Source: Blastocladiella emersonii ATCC 22665
Taxonomy: Eukaryota; Fungi; Blastocladiomycota
Assembly (NCBI GenBank): GCA_025594325.1
Contig: JANHCV010000009.1
Location: 558,001 to 622,000, forward strand
Length of the DNA: 64,000 bases
Reading direction: 5' to 3'
Both the position numbers and the translations under genes were made by a program. Below the pieces are notes generated by a model, which had not been told where the DNA came from, did not search any database, and saw nothing but the letters and a program-made list of their open reading frames with translations. Shown piece by piece: positions 57,901 to 64,000 of the stretch (position 1 is its first letter; each line of letters starts with the position of its first letter).

Positions 57901-58148
57901 CGTCCCCGGCCGTCACGGCAGCGGGCGGGCCGCAGCAACAGCAGCAGCAGCGCGAGGGGCGGCCGCCCAAGCAGCAGAAGCGGCGCGGGCGCAGCCACGA
58001 GCGGCCAGCTGGATCGGCAGGGCCGGGTCCCGCGGCGAAGCGGCAGCGCAAGCACTCGGTCGACAAGCAGCAGCAGCGCAAGGCGAAGAAGAAGGGCAAG
58101 AACAAGGGCAACGGCGGCGGCAATGCGAAGCCGAACGCCAAGCAGTAG
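51957..58148 (+). CDS. SNF2-family ATPase, ATRX/ARIP4-like, ~1980 aa, 5 exons
   Basis: AHAMGLGKSLQ, MDEAH, LTGTPLQNNLSEYY, KSLIFSHY, FLISTTAGATGINL and EQAIGRAYRLGQ motifs. Introns 53916-53974, 54047-54108, 55310-55372, 55772-55836. Confidence 0.88.
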
Positions 58149-58214
58149 TTGTACACCACCAGCAGCAGCAGCAGATGTGAGTTATAAACCCTACCTATAT
58201 TCCTTTTTGTACAG

Positions 58215-58843
58215 TTACAGCAGGTCGTCGTTCAAGATATCCGCGACCGTGTCCTCGAGGTCGTGCACGGGTTCCCGCCGGCGCGACGCGGCCGACGAGG
58301 TGCCGTAGTCGTCCTCGTCCTCGTCGTCGTAGTCGCGGTACCCGCCCGACGACCGGTTGTTCGCCGCTGTGGGGCGGCCGTACCCGTCGTCCTCGTCGTC
58401 GTACTCGTCGGCGTGCCCCGCGCCGCCCGCACGGCCGGCGGAGTCGCTGCCGCGGTAGGTCGCCTCCTCCTCGTGCTGCGTCTGCGCGGCCTCGCACGCG
58501 TCGATCCAGTCCGAGTACACGTCGACGGGCGCCGAGAGGGCTAGTTTGGGGAGATGTAAGCGAAGGCGCGGGTGAGACCAAGGCCAGTGGGGAGGTACCG
58601 TTGATGTTGGTCTGCCACGTCTCGTGGCACACGCGGCACTTGACGGTGCCGATGCGGTTGGGCTTGTCGCTACGGGCACGACGAAGGGCGTCAGAGGTCG
58701 AGCGCGAACGCAAGCAGCCGAGAGCGCACGGACAGCTTAACCTCAATCGACTTTTCGTGGTTGCAGTAGGGGCAGTTGAAGACGGTCGGCAGGCGCGTCT
58801 TGACCTTGGCGACGGGCTTGCGGGACGATTTGCGTTTGCCCAT
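58215..58843 (-). CDS. ELF1: Transcription elongation factor Elf1/ELOF1 with acidic tail; introns 58670-58733, 58541-58598
   Basis: MGKRKSSRKP...LPTVFNCPYCNHEKS...CRVC...LSAPVDVYSDWIDAC. Confidence 0.95.
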
Positions 58844-59369
58844 GGTAGGTTCGTTGATTCGTAGAGTTACGTTGCAGTAGCGTGTCTCGGGCGAGGCGAG
58901 CGAGGGGAGAGCGGAAGGGACGAACGCGACGAGCGAGCGAGCGCACGGGCAGGGGGAGGAAATGGCGTCAGGTGCTTCTGGCAGACGTGGCAGGCCGTGG
59001 CGCAATGCACGACAGCCCGCGCGGGTTCCCATTTTAGGGATCTGACTCAACCGCGCGCGTCGGATTCCGGGGACCGTCCCGAACGACGCGACGCGGTCGA
59101 CCACTTCACGTCGAGGACGAGGACGATGTCCACGAAGGCGGCGGCCACGGAGACAAGGCGACCGCAGCGCGGCCATGAGCCTGAGCGTGAGCCTCTCACG
59201 TTCATGGTCGCGATGGGCGTGTGCGTGCCGCTGCACGACGGCTGCGGCACCCGATGGGCGAGGGAAGAGAGCGCGCGGCAACGTGAGACGGGCTTGCGGC
59301 GGGGTGGGTGGGCGAAAATTGACGGCTTGGGCGCGCGGCGTGGCTCCAGCCGGTCTCAGCGGCCGGCCG

Positions 59370-59376
59370 TATAAAA
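59370..59376 (+). promoter_or_regulatory. Candidate TATA box for bZIP paralogue 2 (implies a ~0.9 kb leader)
   Basis: TATAAAA followed by a pyrimidine-rich tract. Confidence 0.5.
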
Positions 59377-59553
59377 TGCGGGCACCCCCCGCCCTCCCCA
59401 CTCTCGCTCCCCGTTGTTGCTGCCGTCGATCCAACCCCACAAGACACGAACGCCCCCTTCGTGTTTTCCGACCCGACCACCTTCAACCGTTGATTCACTT
59501 TTCGTCGAGCCTGCCGCCGCCCCCGCCCAGTCGCGCGCGCATCCTCCTCGAAA

Positions 59554-60304
59554 ATGAGTCCCATTCGCAGACGCCCTCGATCCCTGTAAGGACCATGAAG
59601 ATGATGATCTCGTCGTCGGCCTAGGCCCCGCCCTGCCCGGCGCCGCGCCGCGAGCCGCACCTGCTCCTCGCCGTCTCCTCGCGCGCCGCGACCGACCTCC
59701 GACACCACCACGCTGTCGCTCGCTCGCTCGCTCGCGCGCCACGACTCGGCTCCGCGACTCGCCCGCTGCACCGCGCAGTGCCGCCTCTCGGCCTTCACAC
59801 CTCTCTCTCCTCGTTCTTCACCCTTACTCTCGGATCTCTCCCCCCCTCTGCACACTGGAACTCTCTATCAATCAACGGCTCTCGAACCCCCTGGTCTCCC
59901 TCGGAAAACACATTTCGTGTCTCCTACGACGGCAATCCCCACTCTTGTCGGTCAGTCACCACCATGCTCACCACCCCGCCCCTCAAATCGATGATGCACA
60001 ACCACTCCCTTCTCACCCAAACAACCTCGACGACCTCATGACGACTTGCCGCCGCACCCTACGGCGTCGCACCTCTCACCCTCCCTACCTCACTCTCCCC
60101 CTCTCTCCCCTCCCCCTCGACGCTCGCGTGTGGCCCCGCACGTCACGCTCATGGGCCCGTCGACTCGTCCCCGCGATCGGCGTGGTCTGGCGGGTTTTAC
60201 AGGAGTTTCTGGCGTTTTGCCGTTCCGCTAGCTGGCGCGACCTCGTGTCCCTTCCCGCTCCCGCGACGTGCCCCCGGAACCCCCACCCCCAACCAACCCA
60301 ATGA
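59554..60304 (+). promoter_or_regulatory. Cluster of five uORFs (59554-59589, 59595-59624, 59964-60041, 60038-60304, 60151-60231)
   Basis: ATG-initiated short ORFs lie between the TATA box and the main ATG at 60301, with two AUGA overlaps. Confidence 0.6.
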
Positions 60305-61941
60305 ACTACAACAACTACGCGAACAACACCTCCGGCTTTTCTACTGCTACCCCCGTCTCGGACTGCGATCTCTTCGGCTTCCCGTCTCCCGCTTACCACC
60401 TCCCTACCGCCCTCCCCGCCGTCCCGGCCTCGGTCTCGGCCCTCGCCGTGTCCACGGCCTCGGCTGCTTCGGCTGCGGTCGCGCCGCTCCTCGCGCCGCT
60501 CGAGCCGTACCTGCCCGCCTCGTGGATCGCCTACGCCTCGGCCGCCAACCACGCCCTGGCCAACGGCGCGCTCTTCTCCTCCCCCTCTCCTTCCCCCTCC
60601 ACCAACAACAGCAACACCACCGCCATCCCGGCGCTGCCCGCGACCGTTCCGTCGCTCGCCGCTCCAGCTCCCTCCACCACCACCACCACCTCGACCGTCC
60701 CGCTCGCGTCGACCACCGACACGACGTCGCTGGCGCTCCTCGGCGTCGACGCGACCTCGTTCGACCTCGATGCCGCCAGCGCCGCGCTCGCCTCGGTGCT
60801 CGACGACCAGAAGTGGGACGCGCTCTCGGCCGCCGACTATTTTGACCCGACAGGCGCATCCCTGCTCCTCCCCGCGCCCATGGCTCTCGCGCCGCTCCCG
60901 CTCCCCGCGGCGACGGCGGCACCCGCTCCTTCGTTCGACTTTGGCGGCTTCGACTTCTCGTCGGCCTCCGCCGCGCCGGCTCCTAGCGGCGGCGCGTGGT
61001 CGACGACTGACGATTTCGATCTCGGCGGCGCCCTGTTCCCGATGCCGCCGCTCGACCCGTTCCCGTTCGATCTCGGTTTCCCGGCCGCTACCGCTGCGCC
61101 CCTCGCAACGGTGGCGCTCCCGCCCTCGTCGCCCGTCCCCTCGCTCGAGCACTTCTCGGTTTCCCGTACCGCGTCGCCCGACGCCACGGTCGTCGTGTCG
61201 CCCGTCCTCGAGTCGGCCGCCGCCCCTCGCGCCGACTCGGTCGCCGACCTCGACAAGCTCTTTGCCGACGCGACCGCCAACGTGCTCAACTGCGCCGACC
61301 TCGACGCCATCTTCGCGTCGGTCCCGCTCGACTGGCTGCTCGCGCCCGCTCCGAGCGCCAGTTCGTCGTCGTCGACCGTGCCCGCCCTCGAGCCTCAGCA
61401 CCCTGCTCCTGTTCCTCCTCCCGCTGCCCCCGCGACCTCGACTGCCCCCGTCAGCGGCCCCACCAAGCCCGCGAAACGGCCGCGCCGGCGCCCCGCCGGC
61501 GAGCTCCCGCCCATCGCCGTCGCCACGCCCGCGTCGTCGACCGACGCGCCCGTCCTCGTGATCCCGACCAAGACCAAGAAGTCGTCGTCCACGGTCGCCT
61601 CGATCCCCGCCGTCCTGACCTACCCCAAGTCCATGATCGCCCACGACGCGCCCATCCAGCGCCGCGGCGGCGTGCCCAAGCGGACCTACGACGAGATGAC
61701 GGCGGCTGACGAGGCGGCGGAGGTCGTCCCCGACCCCGCCACCGTCGAGGACGAGGCCGAGGCCAAGCGCATCAAGAACGCCCTCTCGGCGCGCCGGTCC
61801 CGCGCCCGCAAGCTCGCCAAGCTCGAGTTTCTCGAGGCCAAGGTCAACGACCTCGAGTCCGAGCGCGCCGCGCTCCTCGCGAAGGTCGCGGCGCTCACGG
61901 CGCAGCTCGAGGCGGGTGCCGCTGGCGCGCAAGCAGAGTGA
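60301..61941 (+). CDS. Gcn4/CPC-1-like bZIP transcription factor (paralogue 2), 546 aa
   Basis: KRIKNALSARRSRARK plus zipper, a YPKSMIAHDAPIQRR motif shared with paralogue 1, and acidic/Phe-rich activation-like patches. Confidence 0.87.
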   Translation: MNYNNYANNTSGFSTATPVSDCDLFGFPSPAYHLPTALPAVPASVSALAVSTASAASAAVAPLLAPLEPYLPASWIAYASAANHALANGALFSSPSPSPSTNNSNTTAIPALPATVPSLAAPAPSTTTTTSTVPLASTTDTTSLALLGVDATSFDLDAASAALASVLDDQKWDALSAADYFDPTGASLLLPAPMALAPLPLPAATAAPAPSFDFGGFDFSSASAAPAPSGGAWSTTDDFDLGGALFPMPPLDPFPFDLGFPAATAAPLATVALPPSSPVPSLEHFSVSRTASPDATVVVSPVLESAAAPRADSVADLDKLFADATANVLNCADLDAIFASVPLDWLLAPAPSASSSSSTVPALEPQHPAPVPPPAAPATSTAPVSGPTKPAKRPRRRPAGELPPIAVATPASSTDAPVLVIPTKTKKSSSTVASIPAVLTYPKSMIAHDAPIQRRGGVPKRTYDEMTAADEAAEVVPDPATVEDEAEAKRIKNALSARRSRARKLAKLEFLEAKVNDLESERAALLAKVAALTAQLEAGAAGAQAE

Positions 61942-63045
61942 GTGGTGGATTCTCAACCTTTCTCGTAAAACTCATAAACATACAAAAATATTCTGTGGAT
62001 CTGATGCTCGTCTCGTGCTGCTGGTTCGTGAAGGTTGTGAGGCGAGGAGTTTCTGAGGCGGAAGGGTGAGACGCGATGCGAGACGCGTCGCAAGATCATG
62101 TGGCGGCCACGCGCGGGAGTGCGCCGCGCTCGAAACGGAAGCCCGCCGGAGCGCACGCGGCCGTCGCGGTGACAGGCAGAAGTGGTGCGACGCCGTGAGC
62201 GCCATCGAATGCTTCCCCGTGAGTGATTCCTCGCGAATCGGAGCATGCTCGTCCGCCATCACAGCCCGATCATGATCCTCGCACACTGGCTGCAGCTGGT
62301 TCACGGCCATGAATCGAACGGCATGGCCACGGTCAAGGCCATCACCGACAAGGTCAGGGCCATCGCCAACAAGGTTAAGGCCATCGTCTAGTACCATTTG
62401 TTGGCACCCGACCGCCATTCCCGCCTGACCCCCGCCCGTATCAACGGGAAGTCGTCATCGCGAACACGAAACTCCTCCGCAGGTGTTGATTGATCAGATC
62501 GTTCGCAGACGAGGCTGCGAGTTCGTTGACAAAGTAGGCCTCGTGCTCTGGCTGGATCATGTCGGTCAAAACATTCCGGCAAACAGGTAAGAGTTTGAGC
62601 GGATGACAAGTGCGCTGGGCGATGCTGTCCTCGACTCGCTGGTCGAGAAGTTCCGCGACGGTTTGATCGACGCGGGACTCGCTGCTTCGGGATGCGCATC
62701 GCCGAGTTTGGCACCAAGGCGCTCGTCGCGGCTGTGGTCGCAACGTCGAGTGCTGTACCATCACGCTCGAGCCGCTACGCTACGCGCGCGTGACTTGTCC
62801 GACCCAATTGAAACGTTCACATTCATCATCAACTGAACGAGCGAGGGCGCCGCCGAGCTCGAGTACAAGCAGGACGATTCGCTGCCAAACCTTGATCAGA
62901 TCGCGAGGGAACGCCTCGCACGGATCAGCGCGAGACGCGCCAAACAATCATGTGAAACTCACGTTTTGTCTATCGAAAGCTCCCTCTTCCAGCGCCTCGT
63001 AGCTTCTCCCTTCATACTTGAAATTATACAGACGAGCGATGCATC

Positions 63046-63393
63046 ATGGAGACCGCACTCCCGGCGCTACCTGACGCGGTCATCGACCGCATTCTTTGCT
63101 TCGCCGCTCTGATGCACGACGCCAAGGACCTCGCGGGCATGCTTCAGTACAGCCATGTGCTGCTTCGCGAAAACGTACCGTGCGCGCATCGCACGGCCAA
63201 AGTCGAGTGCATGACGAGCATGTCCATGGACGGGGCCAGCGCCGCGGGCCGTCTCGACGTGTTTGACGCCTGGCGAGACTCTGGAAAGCCGCTCAAGTAC
63301 ACGAAACGCGCCATCACCTCAGCTGGAGGGTCGTACGTGACGCTTGACTGGTGGCGGCGGTCTGGGCTTCCACTTCCTAAGTGCGCGCAGTAA
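63046..63393 (+). pseudogene. Truncated member of the ankyrin-like/LRR family (N-terminal part only)
   Basis: IDRILCFAALMH..DLAGMLQY...MDGASAAGRLDVFDAWRDSG..LKY...LDWWRRSGL is homologous to the N-termini of the genes at 335 and 2342. No LRR continuation was seen. Confidence 0.6.
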
Positions 63394-64000
63394 ACCGGTA
63401 TATTATACGCCAACCTTTAGGTCGGGCGGCACCGGCCGCGAGTAAGTCCGAGCCATCTCGTTGATTATAACTGTTCAGGATTACGAAGCGCAGAACCACG
63501 AATGAAGCAAGAGCTGGCCGCGTCGTGGGGGCGTCAAAACGGCCCGGACTACTGCTCCACCGAGCTGTCGAGAGCGGATCATCGGACGAGATACACGAGC
63601 GACCAAAGGGCAATGCGCTGACGGTCCTGCCGAGTCGTCGGGTTTCTTGGCGGGCGCAAGCTGCGGCACCAAGGCACGTCGAGCACGCTGCAGCGGCCTC
63701 ACCACGCAAAACAAGAACTCTCAGCTCGGCCATATATCAGCAGCAAGATGATCGTCCATGTGAAGCTGTCCATTAGATTATCATGATACGCGGCGTGGTC
63801 CGAGGAGAGCAGAAACCGCTTGCGGCGCGTCCCGGCGTTCAAGTCCGCGGACGGCAAGCTGTTTTGCCGCACCGCGTCGGTCGCCGCCGCAATCGCGCTC
63901 CTCTTCTCCCCCTCCCCTCTCGAATTCCACTACGCGGCTCTGCACAACTTGGTGCAACCCGCCCGCCACATGCATCGCAACGCACCGAGCCTCTAAAAAG

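Noticed and set aside
62300-62830. 21-bp mini-repeat (KAITDKVRAIANKVKAIV) and a protein-like minus ORF
   Set aside because: Too short, with no start/stop logic or recognisable family; probably decayed sequence.
1-64000. tRNA, rRNA, snRNA genes and prokaryotic systems (operons, defence islands)
   Set aside because: No recognisable cloverleaf or rRNA/snRNA signature was seen by eye, and spliceosomal introns show the DNA is eukaryotic. A tRNAscan-SE/Infernal run would be needed to exclude small RNAs.

Overview
Eukaryotic, GC-rich, intron-containing genomic DNA. Introns are GT-AG, mostly 58-140 nt, with CTRAC/CTCAC branch sites. The gene content points to an early-diverging zoosporic fungus, probably Blastocladiomycota; this is an inference from the ankyrin-like+LRR family and the plant/E. 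coli-type isopropylmalate synthase. About 18 apparently intact genes were reconstructed by hand: Myb/SANT-like protein, two Gcn4/CPC-1-like bZIPs, tubulin cofactor A, zinc-knuckle protein, LPMO-like secreted protein, zinc-finger protein, UvrD/Srs2-like helicase, NF-YC/Hap5, mitochondrial-type GluRS, 7TM-RGS, 2-isopropylmalate synthase, a (GYDSGYYGDDSK)n repeat protein, RasGEF-like protein, two ricin-B lectin paralogues, an ATRX/ARIP4-like SNF2 ATPase and Elf1. The window also holds two disrupted LRR-family genes plus a fragment, a Ty3/Gypsy integrase relic, a candidate TIR element and several decayed regions. No rRNA, tRNA or CRISPR array was recognised. The most notable observations are: (i) a leaderless Tyr/Gly/Asp tandem-repeat protein under purifying selection; (ii) a uORF chain with two successive AUGA stop/start overlaps ahead of one Gcn4-like gene; (iii) a UUU-UAA shifty-stop with a coding-like +1 extension in its paralogue; (iv) a 6-nt micro-exon inside a helicase Walker A motif; (v) an AA11-like LPMO; (vi) a lectin pair with an unrecognised 8-Cys domain; (vii) a possible non-AUG mitochondrial presequence. 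All assignments were made by eye without database searches, and exon boundaries are manual predictions.
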